A DNA stretch of 64,000 nt from Geopsychrobacteraceae bacterium. Its GTDB lineage: Bacteria > Desulfobacterota > Desulfuromonadia > Desulfuromonadales > Geopsychrobacteraceae. The DNA lies in contig OY759353.1 of assembly GCA_963662315.1 (NCBI GenBank), forward strand, positions 4,096,001-4,160,000, given 5' to 3'. Below the pieces are notes generated by a model, which saw nothing but the letters and a program-made list of their open reading frames with translations, was not told where the DNA came from and ran no database searches. The stretch's first letter is position 1; each line of letters starts with the position of its first letter. A program made the translations under genes and the position numbers. Below, in pieces: positions 42,416 through 51,549 of this stretch.

Positions 42416-44419
42416 AGCGACAAGAATAACAAGAAAAGTCCGCCCAAAGTCGGCGGCAATGTCCTGATCAACGGCCGCACGGCTGTCCACGCAGGCAGTG
42501 GTGGCGTACTGACCACTGTCGATGTGTGTTTGACCAAGGTTGGCAAAGCTGTTGTGCCTATTCCTTACACCAATATTGCCCGCAGTGAAGACGCCGCACA
42601 AACCGCCAGCACCGTTTTTATCAACGGGCATCCCGTCTGTCATAAAAATTCCATTTTTGCCAAAAGCAGTGGTGACGAACCCGGTAACCGCAAAGGTATA
42701 AAAAGCGGCACCATTACCGAAAAAGCCGAATTCGTTACTGCGTCCAGCAATGTGTATATCGAAGGGATCGCTGCGGTCAGGCAGGGGGACTACATGGTCA
42801 GCAACAATGCCAACACCGCTCCCATGCCCCTCGTACAACCCGGAGCTCCCCGGCCCCAAAACAATCGCCTTGAGAGTGTCAAAGGCCTGGATGATGCCGA
42901 GCTGCCCAATGGCGTAGCGCTGAAAATCAGTGGTGATCGGCTGCATGTTCAGAATGATCTGGTCGCGATAGGTGATGGAGAAGAAGACGAAGATTTTCAG
43001 GATGAAACGGGTACAAGCGCGCAGACAGCAGCAGGGGGTGGTCATGCAAGTTCAGCAACAGCGGCCGCAGAGAACGATCCCGCGTCTGAACCCACCAAAC
43101 CTGAACTTGTCATCGGAGTGTTCTTTGACGGCACCGGCAATAACATGCTGGCCCAGCCACCGGAGCAGCATACCAATGTGGCGAAGCTGCATGATCTCTA
43201 TTTTCCTGAAGAAACGTCCCAGATCTATAAGCAAAGAATTTATGTTGAAGGAGTGGGGACTAAAGCTGTTGTTGCGCGCAGAGGAGAGGTTGCGGAAAAA
43301 TTATCTCTCGTTGGCCTTGCCACGGGGCTAGGAACCTACGGTGCTGGAACTCGGCTGAGAGAAGCAAGAGATAAATTTATTATCATTCTAAATGAATATC
43401 GCCAAGCGTATGGTCAACCTGAAAAAGTAATTTTTGATCTGTTTGGTTTTAGTCGGGGGGCGATGCTGGCCCGCCATTTTGCCAACGTGATTCAGGCGGG
43501 GTTGCCTGATTTACAACAATCGCCGTATCAAGGAACCTTGCCGATCCGGCCCAGTCTGCGCGCAACAGAAATTGACACCCCTGGTGGCGATACGCTGGCT
43601 GATGACCGGAGGAATATAATGACCGTTTCGGCTCTGTATCCACGTTTAGCAGCTGAGGTACGAACACGTTTCCTTGGCCTGTTTGATTCGGTTGGGTCAT
43701 TCTTTTTAGCCGGGAATGATGATGAAGGCTTTATTAATCCTTACCTTGGTTCCAATACTGCTGAATTTGTTTATCAACTGACGGCTCGCGATGAGATCCG
43801 TAAAAACTTTCCTCTGACCAGTATTCTGCCAGGCAATGGAAACTGGGTTGAAGAAGAAATGTTCGGCGTTCATTCGGATGTCGGCGGTGGTTACGACAAT
43901 ACACCTGAGCGGATTTACATTGAAGGCAGTAGCGAGGAGTACGAATCACGAGATGAGATTACGGATCGCTTGCATCCGCCTGAACACTGGAAGCGGTGGT
44001 GCCTAAAAATGCAGGCAAAGGCTAAAGATATCAGTGACAGATTAGGAATAGAGTGTGAAGTTGATTGTAACGGTGATATTGCCTATTTCTTTGAAATCCG
44101 ACGCACTAAAAACGATCTGGCAAAAGTAGCTCTCAAAGCTATGTATGATAAAGCCTTGGCAAAAGGGTTAAGCCTTGATTCCATAGATCAAGGTGATTTG
44201 ATTCCTCCGACATTAGAGCATTTGCTACAACAGGCTTCAGCAGATAACTCGACAGCTATTAAACAGCTTGACGATGTATATATCCACAGATCTCATCGAA
44301 AGATATGCCTGGCATACATCAGTGAAACTATTGGTATGAATGCTGAAACCGATGGTAAGCGGGATATCTTCCCAAATCAGCCTTATAGAGCCATAAATGA
44401 AGAAGAGAATAACTCATGA
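42413..44419 (+). CDS. PAAR-like (DUF4150) - Tle1-type (DUF2235) phospholipase effector
   Basis: N-terminal VPIPYTNIA..SSGDEPG..GIKSGT..SSNVYIEG..VRQGD; acidic linker; GVFFDGTGNN, DLFGFSRGA (GxSxG), FLGLFDSV, GVHSDVGGGY. Confidence 0.88.
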   Translation: MSDKNNKKSPPKVGGNVLINGRTAVHAGSGGVLTTVDVCLTKVGKAVVPIPYTNIARSEDAAQTASTVFINGHPVCHKNSIFAKSSGDEPGNRKGIKSGTITEKAEFVTASSNVYIEGIAAVRQGDYMVSNNANTAPMPLVQPGAPRPQNNRLESVKGLDDAELPNGVALKISGDRLHVQNDLVAIGDGEEDEDFQDETGTSAQTAAGGGHASSATAAAENDPASEPTKPELVIGVFFDGTGNNMLAQPPEQHTNVAKLHDLYFPEETSQIYKQRIYVEGVGTKAVVARRGEVAEKLSLVGLATGLGTYGAGTRLREARDKFIIILNEYRQAYGQPEKVIFDLFGFSRGAMLARHFANVIQAGLPDLQQSPYQGTLPIRPSLRATEIDTPGGDTLADDRRNIMTVSALYPRLAAEVRTRFLGLFDSVGSFFLAGNDDEGFINPYLGSNTAEFVYQLTARDEIRKNFPLTSILPGNGNWVEEEMFGVHSDVGGGYDNTPERIYIEGSSEEYESRDEITDRLHPPEHWKRWCLKMQAKAKDISDRLGIECEVDCNGDIAYFFEIRRTKNDLAKVALKAMYDKALAKGLSLDSIDQGDLIPPTLEHLLQQASADNSTAIKQLDDVYIHRSHRKICLAYISETIGMNAETDGKRDIFPNQPYRAINEEENNS

Positions 44420-44949
44420 AAAGATTGATCAGTTTAATATTGCTAGTTGTAATGCTGTCAGCATGTTCAAGTTTGGAAAAAACGCATTCTGAAAAATACA
44501 CTATTTCTTATTGCTCTACAGGTGATGAACCCGTCTGGATTGAAAAAGTCAAATTCGATGACTATCCAGTAAAATCGGGTGGCGGGCTTATTGGTGGCTG
44601 GAAGAGAGCTATGGGAATGATTAGCCTCTTTCCCACACCTTCTGTGCCGAAACAGGTCTATATATACTGGTTCAATTATCGGCAACAGGTTTTTTACGAG
44701 GTGACAGTCCCGATACAAAAGAATGCTGCAGAGATTATGTACAATCTACCTCAGCTTAAGTTTAGTGCGAATTTTTTGGTCACCGGGGTGAAACCTGACG
44801 GTACGGCAGTGGTTTGGGTTACTAATGGCTCAAATGCTAAATTCAGCACATGGGTCGAAGTTGGCCGCGCCCAGGGAACGCTGGCTCCGGGAGATCCTGA
44901 AAGTCGGCGTAATTCGACAGAATCGTTACGCAGGCGGGGAAAACTTTAA
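44416..44949 (+). CDS. Lipoprotein, putative cognate immunity protein (DUF2931-like)
   Basis: Lipobox LSAC; ATGA overlap with the effector; P..VYIYW, G..P.G..VVW..VEVGRAQG motifs. Confidence 0.72.
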   Translation: MKRLISLILLVVMLSACSSLEKTHSEKYTISYCSTGDEPVWIEKVKFDDYPVKSGGGLIGGWKRAMGMISLFPTPSVPKQVYIYWFNYRQQVFYEVTVPIQKNAAEIMYNLPQLKFSANFLVTGVKPDGTAVVWVTNGSNAKFSTWVEVGRAQGTLAPGDPESRRNSTESLRRRGKL

Positions 44950-44953
44950 TCTT

Positions 44954-44993
44954 AAACCGGTCCGTATCCTTTCATGGTGCGGGCCGGTTTTTT
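44954..44993 (+). terminator. Intrinsic terminator after the effector-immunity pair
   Basis: AAACCGGTCCGTA...TGCGGGCCGGTTTTTT. Confidence 0.75.
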
Positions 44994-45187
44994 GTTTTCA
45001 GGTTTATTCAACTACCGAGAGGATAAGCCGCATGAGGGAATAATTTTATATAGCAGGCGGTGTGTGACTTATTTTGACATTGTTTGCCGTTATTTTTTCA
45101 AGACGGTTGGGGGCTGTTTTATGTGGTAGAATTTTAACTTTGTGGGATTTAGTGTTGTGACCTGCTGATTTTTAGGAGGGAACGGTA

Positions 45188-47575
45188 GTGGAATATTTTG
45201 CGCATAAAGGACAATCTGTCAGGTGTCATCTTGCTGCTGTAGGAAACTTATGTCGTGACCTGTCAACCAAGGTAGGTGTTCCGGAACTTGGTGAGCTGCT
45301 GGGGTTACTTCATGACTTTGGCAAATATAGTGAACAATTCCAGGCTTATATTAAATCAGCAACAGGTATTTATAATCCAGATCTTGATGACGATTATGTT
45401 GATACTAAAGTGGTCAGAGGAACCATCGATCATTCTACAGCCGGTGCCCAGTGGCTTTGGCAGTTGAGCTGTAATTACGGTGAGGCCGGGAAACTGATTG
45501 GTCAAATTTTGGCGCTGTGTCTTGCTTCCCATCACGGTGGATTGATTGACAGTCTCGATGCTGATGGACATAACATTTTTTCGAGACGCATGGTCAAGGA
45601 GGACGAAAAAACACATCTCTCCGAATGCCGGAAAAATGCCGATGGAGCTATTCTCCAACGTCTGAATGAGTTATCTCGTCCGGAAATACTGCAATCCCTA
45701 TTACCGCAAATCTCTGCAATCCTGAATAAACCGGGTCAGCCTCTACTTGTTGGTTGGTTCAAAGTCGGACTACTGGTGAGGTTTCTATATAGTTGCTTGA
45801 TTGATGCCGATAGAATCGATAGTGCTGATCACGAAAATCCGCAAAACAAAATAATTCGGCAGAATATTGCTGTCAATTGGCAGATTGCTGTTGAGCGTTT
45901 GGAAGAGCAATTGGCAGCGTTGCCATTTAAGCATGAAATCGATCATCTCCGGCGCGATATCTCTGATCAGTGTAAGAAACGCGCATCTGATGGACAAGGT
46001 ATCTACTCTTTTACGGTTCCGACGGGTGGCGGTAAGACCTTTTCCGCGATCCGTTTTGCTCTGCACCACGCCCAGAAACACAAGCTTGATCGAGTCATCT
46101 GTATTATTCCCTATACCTCGATCATTGAACAGAACGCTGAAGAAATCCGTAAGCTGATTGAACGTGAAGAGGATGAGTTCTCGTGGGTGTTGGAGCATCA
46201 CTCTAATCTGGAACCTGAGGTTCAGACTTGGCAAAGTAAATTGGCTTGTGAAAACTGGGATGCGCCGATTGTTTTTACGACCATGGTACAGTTTCTTGAA
46301 ACCCTCTTTGGTGGTGGAACCCGTGGTCCGCGGCGTATGCATCAGTTGGCGCAGTCGGTCTTGATCTTTGACGAAATTCAGACCTTGCCGATTAACTGTG
46401 TCCATCTTTTCTGCAATGCCATCAACTTTCTTACCGATCATGCGGGATCAACTGTCTTGATGTGTACCGCAACGCAACCACTGCTGAACAAACTGAAGAA
46501 TCCTGACAAGGGACAATTGACCGTTTTATCGGAAAATGAGCTGATTGCTGATGTGGGTAAACTCTTTGCGGACCTTAAGCGTGTCCAGATTCGTAATCGG
46601 ATTAAACCGCATGGGTGGACTGAAATAGAAATCGCTGATTTGGCCATGAATGAATACCGGGCTAAGGGCAGTTGCCTGGTAATCGTCAATACCAAAGATT
46701 GGGCCCGGCGGCTTTATGTGGTTTGCAATGAAGAGTTGGGCGCTGGCAGCGTTTTCCACCTCAGCACAGGTATGTGTCCTGATCAGCGCAAGGAAAAGCT
46801 GGCTGAGATTAAAAATCGCCTGGATACGGGTCTACCGGTTCTTTGTATCAGTACTCAGTTGATTGAAGCCGGTGTCGATGTTGATTTTGCTTCGGTTATC
46901 CGTTTTCTCGCCGGGCTTGATTCCATTGCCCAGGCTGCCGGGCGCTGTAATCGTAACGGTCGTCAGACGATGGCTGAGGTCTTTGTTGTCAATCCTGCTG
47001 AGGAAAAAATCGGGCAGCTGACCGATATCTGTGAGGGGCGGGATAAGGCCCTTAGGATTTTCAACGAGACAGCAGACGAGGATCTGTTGACACCGGAAAC
47101 GATGGCTCAGTATTTCTCATATTACTTTTATCAACGTGCAGACGACATGGATTACAAAGTTAGCGCCAAGGAAGCTGGGCGGGGTGACAGTTTGCTCAAT
47201 CTGCTTGGCGACAACCGCAACAATGTTGGCAAAACTTCGCCACTGGCCTTGCGGCAATCCTTTAAAACCGCTGGAAATATTTTCAAGGCGATCGACGCCC
47301 CTACCCAGGCGGTCATTGTTCCCTTTAAACGTGGCAAGTTCATCATCAGCGATCTCTGTGCCGAGCAGAATCCCGACAGGATCAGACAATTGCTCAAGGA
47401 AGCGCAGCAGTACAGCGTTAACGTCTTTCCCAATGTCTGGCGCAAATTATTGCAGGAGCAGGCAGTCCATTCGGTAAGAGATGGGATTTTCTATTACCTC
47501 GATGAGCGTTATTACAGTGAAAAGTTCGGTCTGGCTACAGAGGTGGTCGCCGATTTTGAACCGCAGGTCATTTAG
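45188..47575 (+). CDS. cas3: CRISPR-associated HD nuclease/helicase Cas3
   Basis: LLHDFGK, HHGGL, LIDADRIDS, VPTGGGKT, FDEIQ, STQLIEAGVD, QAAGRCNR. Confidence 0.95.
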   Translation: MEYFAHKGQSVRCHLAAVGNLCRDLSTKVGVPELGELLGLLHDFGKYSEQFQAYIKSATGIYNPDLDDDYVDTKVVRGTIDHSTAGAQWLWQLSCNYGEAGKLIGQILALCLASHHGGLIDSLDADGHNIFSRRMVKEDEKTHLSECRKNADGAILQRLNELSRPEILQSLLPQISAILNKPGQPLLVGWFKVGLLVRFLYSCLIDADRIDSADHENPQNKIIRQNIAVNWQIAVERLEEQLAALPFKHEIDHLRRDISDQCKKRASDGQGIYSFTVPTGGGKTFSAIRFALHHAQKHKLDRVICIIPYTSIIEQNAEEIRKLIEREEDEFSWVLEHHSNLEPEVQTWQSKLACENWDAPIVFTTMVQFLETLFGGGTRGPRRMHQLAQSVLIFDEIQTLPINCVHLFCNAINFLTDHAGSTVLMCTATQPLLNKLKNPDKGQLTVLSENELIADVGKLFADLKRVQIRNRIKPHGWTEIEIADLAMNEYRAKGSCLVIVNTKDWARRLYVVCNEELGAGSVFHLSTGMCPDQRKEKLAEIKNRLDTGLPVLCISTQLIEAGVDVDFASVIRFLAGLDSIAQAAGRCNRNGRQTMAEVFVVNPAEEKIGQLTDICEGRDKALRIFNETADEDLLTPETMAQYFSYYFYQRADDMDYKVSAKEAGRGDSLLNLLGDNRNNVGKTSPLALRQSFKTAGNIFKAIDAPTQAVIVPFKRGKFIISDLCAEQNPDRIRQLLKEAQQYSVNVFPNVWRKLLQEQAVHSVRDGIFYYLDERYYSEKFGLATEVVADFEPQVI

Positions 47576-47587
47576 AGAGGAGGTTCG

Positions 47588-48292
47588 ATGAAGAATAGTA
47601 TCAGTTTCAGACTCTGGGGGCGCTATGCCCTGTTTACTGATCCCGTGACCAGGGTCGGCGGGGAAAAGTGTTCCTATCATGTGCCTACCTATGAAGCGAT
47701 CAAGGGGGTGCTCAAGTCGATCTACTGGAAACCGACACTGATCTGGCATGTTGACAAGGTCAGAGTAATAAAACCATTGCGAACCCAGACCAAAGGCATG
47801 AAACCTCTGGTCTGGGGTGGTGGGAACAGCCTTGCCATTTACACATTTCTCCATGAGGTCGAATACCAGGTAGAGGCCCACTTTGAGTGGAATGAAAATC
47901 AACCGGACCTGGCGAGGGATCGTATCGATGGCAAGCATTTCAGCATCGCTACGCGAATGCTGGAAAAGGGAGGTCGGCAGGATATCTTTCTCGGGACACG
48001 CGATTGTCAGGGCTACGTTGAACCCTGCGTGTTCGGCGAAGGGGCTGGAGCTTATGATGATATTGACGAACTTGGTTTTGGCCTGATGTTCCATGGCTTT
48101 GATTACCCTGACGAAACCGGAACTAATGAACTGCGCAGTCGTTTCTGGAGGGCAACCATGTGCAAGGGGATTCTTGAATATCCCCGACCGGAGGAGTGTG
48201 AGTCCTGCCGCATTATTCGCAAGATGGTTCCAAAACGATTTGGCTTGGGCGAGAACCTGATGGCGGTGGAGCAGGAGGAGGCATTGCTATGA
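47588..48292 (+). CDS. cas5c: Type I-C Cas5 (Cas5c/Cas5d)
   Basis: GRYALFTDP..EKCSYHVPTYEA, IYWKP, GGRQDIFLGTRDC. Confidence 0.93.
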   Translation: MKNSISFRLWGRYALFTDPVTRVGGEKCSYHVPTYEAIKGVLKSIYWKPTLIWHVDKVRVIKPLRTQTKGMKPLVWGGGNSLAIYTFLHEVEYQVEAHFEWNENQPDLARDRIDGKHFSIATRMLEKGGRQDIFLGTRDCQGYVEPCVFGEGAGAYDDIDELGFGLMFHGFDYPDETGTNELRSRFWRATMCKGILEYPRPEECESCRIIRKMVPKRFGLGENLMAVEQEEALL

Positions 48293-50265
48293 GCTGGCTG
48301 GCCAAACTGTATGAAACCTACGAAGCGGGAACTTCACTAGATTTGCCAGCTGATCAAAAGCTGATGCCGATCAGCCATACCCTGCAAAATGCTCATATCA
48401 AGATTGTTATTGATGGTAACGGCAATTTTCTGCGTGCAGAGGTTCTGGAAAAAACTCAAATTGTGCTTCCGGCTACAGAAAAGTCAGCAGGGAGAAGTAG
48501 TGGTGAAGCGCCGCATCCCTTGGCAGACAAGCTGCAATATATCGCCAAGGATTATCCTGAATTCGGTGGGAGGAAAAAATCGTACTTTGTGTCCTACGAG
48601 ACGCAATTGCGCAAATGGTCTGACACTTCTGTAACCAATAAAAAAATTGCAGCAGTTTACGCTTACATCAATAAAGGAAGTGTTATTGCGGATCTTATTC
48701 GGGAAGGTGTTCTTCACCTCGGAGACGACGGCAAGTTGCTGACCTATTGGTCTGCCGAAGGTAATACGCCACCAATCTTTAAGGTTTTGCCTGCTCTGCC
48801 CAAAGAAAAACGTATCGAAAAGGACAAGGCAGAAATTGAACAGGGGGATGCACTGGTCTGCTGGCAAGTTGAAGTGACGGGCGATCCTCAGGCGGAAACC
48901 TGGATAGATAGAGACCTGCAAGAAAATTGGATTCAATATCAGAGTATAGACGGAGGAGTATCGGGCTTTTGCTATGTGACCGGTTCTGATTGTGTTTTGG
49001 CAACCAACCATCCGGCGAAACTCCGCCATAGTGGAGACAAGGCGAAACTGCTGTCGTCCAATGATTCCTCTGGGTTCACCTTTCGTGGCCGTTTCACTGA
49101 AGGAGATGGTGGTCAAGCCGCTGCTGTTGGCTACGAGGTAACTCAAAAAGCCCATAATGCACTGCGCTGGTTGATCGACAGGCAGGGCTTTCGCAATGGA
49201 GATCAAGTCTTTGTAGCCTGGGCTGTGTCGGGAAAAGGTATTCCCGAACCTTTGCGCAGTAGCTTTGATCTACTAACACAGCCGCTGACTTTTCAACCGC
49301 CTGACAAAGAACAGTTAACCGAAGAGCTTGATCACACCATAGATCTCGGAGCCTCTTTTGCACATAAATTCAATAATTATCTCAGAGGTTATCGAGCAAA
49401 GCTGGAGCCGAACGAGCAGATTCTGATAATGGGGCTCGATTCAGCGACTCCGGGGCGAATGAGTGTCATATATTACCGCCAGTTACTGGCCAGTGAATTT
49501 TTTGACCGCCTGGAAAGCTGGCATCAGCATTTCTCCTGGCCGCAGCGGCACGTCATCGAAACAGACGCAACAGGTAAGGGAAAAGGGGGGCAGAAAAAGA
49601 CAGTTTGGCCAGTCAGCTCACCAGCCCCACGCATCATTGCAGACGCTGCCTACGGGGATGTTTTAAAGAGTAATGATACGCTGAGAAAGAATCTGTTGGA
49701 ACGCATCGTTCCCGCGATAATAGACGGCCAGCCTTTCCCGCAGGATATCATGATGAACGCTGTCCGGCGCGTCAGTAACCGGAACAACATTGAATTTTGG
49801 GAGTGGGAAAGGAATATGGGCGTGGCCTGTGCCCTTTACCGAGGGTTCTATCAGCGCCATCCAAATAAACAGCAAAGGAGAGAATATACAATGTCATTAG
49901 ATGAGAACAGAACAACAAGGGATTATCTTTACGGGCGTCTTCTGGCCGTTGCTGAAAAAATCGAGGAGGTGGCTTTATCTGTTGCTGGTGAGAATCGGCC
50001 GACGACAGCAGCACGGCTGATGCAACGTTATGCTGATCGGCCGTTTTCGACCTGGCGTACGCTAGAGCTTTCACTGCAACCATATATGCAGAGGCTGCAA
50101 AACAGCCGGGGTGGTTTTCTGACAAACAGAAAAAAAGAGACGGATAAAATCATGTCGGCATTTGGAAATGGTGATTTTGAAAGCGACAAGGCTTTGTCCG
50201 GTGAATTTCTACTTGGTTACCATTGTCAACGGATGTTTTATCGTCAACAGACTGCTGAAGATTAA
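48289..50265 (+). CDS. cas8c: Type I-C large subunit Cas8c/Csd1
   Basis: MSWLAKLYETYE, PHPLADKLQY, KAHNALRWLI, DSATPGR, YLYGRLLAV, EFLLGYHCQ. Confidence 0.93.
   Translation: MSWLAKLYETYEAGTSLDLPADQKLMPISHTLQNAHIKIVIDGNGNFLRAEVLEKTQIVLPATEKSAGRSSGEAPHPLADKLQYIAKDYPEFGGRKKSYFVSYETQLRKWSDTSVTNKKIAAVYAYINKGSVIADLIREGVLHLGDDGKLLTYWSAEGNTPPIFKVLPALPKEKRIEKDKAEIEQGDALVCWQVEVTGDPQAETWIDRDLQENWIQYQSIDGGVSGFCYVTGSDCVLATNHPAKLRHSGDKAKLLSSNDSSGFTFRGRFTEGDGGQAAAVGYEVTQKAHNALRWLIDRQGFRNGDQVFVAWAVSGKGIPEPLRSSFDLLTQPLTFQPPDKEQLTEELDHTIDLGASFAHKFNNYLRGYRAKLEPNEQILIMGLDSATPGRMSVIYYRQLLASEFFDRLESWHQHFSWPQRHVIETDATGKGKGGQKKTVWPVSSPAPRIIADAAYGDVLKSNDTLRKNLLERIVPAIIDGQPFPQDIMMNAVRRVSNRNNIEFWEWERNMGVACALYRGFYQRHPNKQQRREYTMSLDENRTTRDYLYGRLLAVAEKIEEVALSVAGENRPTTAARLMQRYADRPFSTWRTLELSLQPYMQRLQNSRGGFLTNRKKETDKIMSAFGNGDFESDKALSGEFLLGYHCQRMFYRQQTAED
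49891..50265 (+). CDS. cas11: Cas11 small subunit, internally translated in frame from cas8c
   Basis: AAGGAG RBS at about 49875-49880, then in-frame ATG: MSLDENRTTRDYLYGRLL... (124 aa). Confidence 0.7.
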   Translation: MSLDENRTTRDYLYGRLLAVAEKIEEVALSVAGENRPTTAARLMQRYADRPFSTWRTLELSLQPYMQRLQNSRGGFLTNRKKETDKIMSAFGNGDFESDKALSGEFLLGYHCQRMFYRQQTAED

Positions 50266-50294
50266 TTAAATTTTTATATAAAGGAGATGACCCT

Positions 50295-51134
50295 ATGAGC
50301 CTCGAACACAAAATTGATTTTGCCGTTATTTTCAGTGTGAAACACGCTAACCCCAATGGTGATCCTCTTAATGGAAACCGCCCCCGGACCGATTATGACG
50401 GCTTCGGTGAAGTGACCGATGTCTGTCTGAAACGTAAAATCCGTGACAGGATGCAGGATGCCGGGCATGCCATCTTTGTTCAGTCCGATGAAAAGAAAAC
50501 GGATGGTATGCCGAGTTTGAAAGCAAGAGCAGAGGACGGGACTCATGGTTTGGGAAAAGAGACCTTCAACAGCAAAAAAACTTCGCCGGAAAAGGCAGCG
50601 AAAATGGCCTGTGATAAGTGGATTGATGTCAGAGCTTTTGGGCAACTTTTCGCATTTAAGGGTGAGGAAAAGGACGGGGTGTCTATCCCTATCCGTGGGC
50701 CGGTTTCTATCCAGTCCGCCTTCAGCATTGAGCCTGTCAGTATAACCAGTACCCAGATTACCAAAAGCGTAAGCGGTGAAGGAGACGGTACGAAAAGAAG
50801 CTCAGACACCATGGGGATGAAACACCGGGTCGATAGGGCCGTTTATGTGACCTTTGGCAGTATGAATCCCCAGTTGGCTGAACGGACCGGATTCAGTAAC
50901 GCCGATGCTGAAAGCATCAAAACTGTGTTGCCGAGGTTATTTGAAGGTGATGCCTCTTCGGCCCGTCCTGAGGGGAGTATGGCGGTAGAAAAGGTTATTT
51001 GGTGGCAGCACAGTAGCAAGGCTGGTCAGTATTCCTCGGCAAAAGTTCATCGTTCTCTAACTGTAAATGTCGATGGAAGTTATCAGTTAGAGTCAATGGG
51101 AGGCTTGGTGCCTGAAGTGATCGAAGGTTTCTGA
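50295..51134 (+). CDS. cas7c: Type I-C Cas7c/Csd2
   Basis: ANPNGDPLNGNRPR, TDVCLKRKIR, DVRAFG, IRGPVS, TMGMKH, SSARPEG. Confidence 0.95.
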   Translation: MSLEHKIDFAVIFSVKHANPNGDPLNGNRPRTDYDGFGEVTDVCLKRKIRDRMQDAGHAIFVQSDEKKTDGMPSLKARAEDGTHGLGKETFNSKKTSPEKAAKMACDKWIDVRAFGQLFAFKGEEKDGVSIPIRGPVSIQSAFSIEPVSITSTQITKSVSGEGDGTKRSSDTMGMKHRVDRAVYVTFGSMNPQLAERTGFSNADAESIKTVLPRLFEGDASSARPEGSMAVEKVIWWQHSSKAGQYSSAKVHRSLTVNVDGSYQLESMGGLVPEVIEGF

Positions 51135-51140
51135 TACCAG

Positions 51141-51266
51141 CTTCGTTGGTGATCTCAAATTTCAAATCTCAGATTTCACAGTAACTCCGTTGGCGATCTG
51201 AAATCTGAAATTTCAAATCTGAAATCACAGTTGTGCCTAAGCGCAACTGTGGAGGGGGGAATAATG
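51141..51266 (+). repeat. Heptad-repeat region: two units plus leader module copy B (51196-51266)
   Basis: CTTCGTTGGTGATCTCAAATTTCAAATCTCAGATTTCACAG then CTCCGTTGGCGATCTGAAATCTGAAATTTCAAATCTGAAATCACAG; hairpin CACAGTTGTG-CCTAAG-CGCAACTGTG; GGAGG RBS. Confidence 0.9.
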
Positions 51267-51549
51267 AAATATGAAAACTTTGAAGACGTTCCTGTTTGGA
51301 AGGACGGCATTACCCTGACATCCCGGGTTTTTCAGATAACCGAAGATCGGTCATTTCAAGGTCGGGGCGATATTGCCAACCAGATCCAACGGGCGGCCTT
51401 GTCGGTGCCGAATAATATTGCCGAGGGCTTCGAACGCGGCACGACTCCGGAACTGATCCAGTTTCTTTATTACGCCAAAGGCTCCGCTGGGGAAGTGCGC
51501 TCCATTTGTCATGTAATTGAACGTATTGCTGCGTTCAATCATCTGAAAT

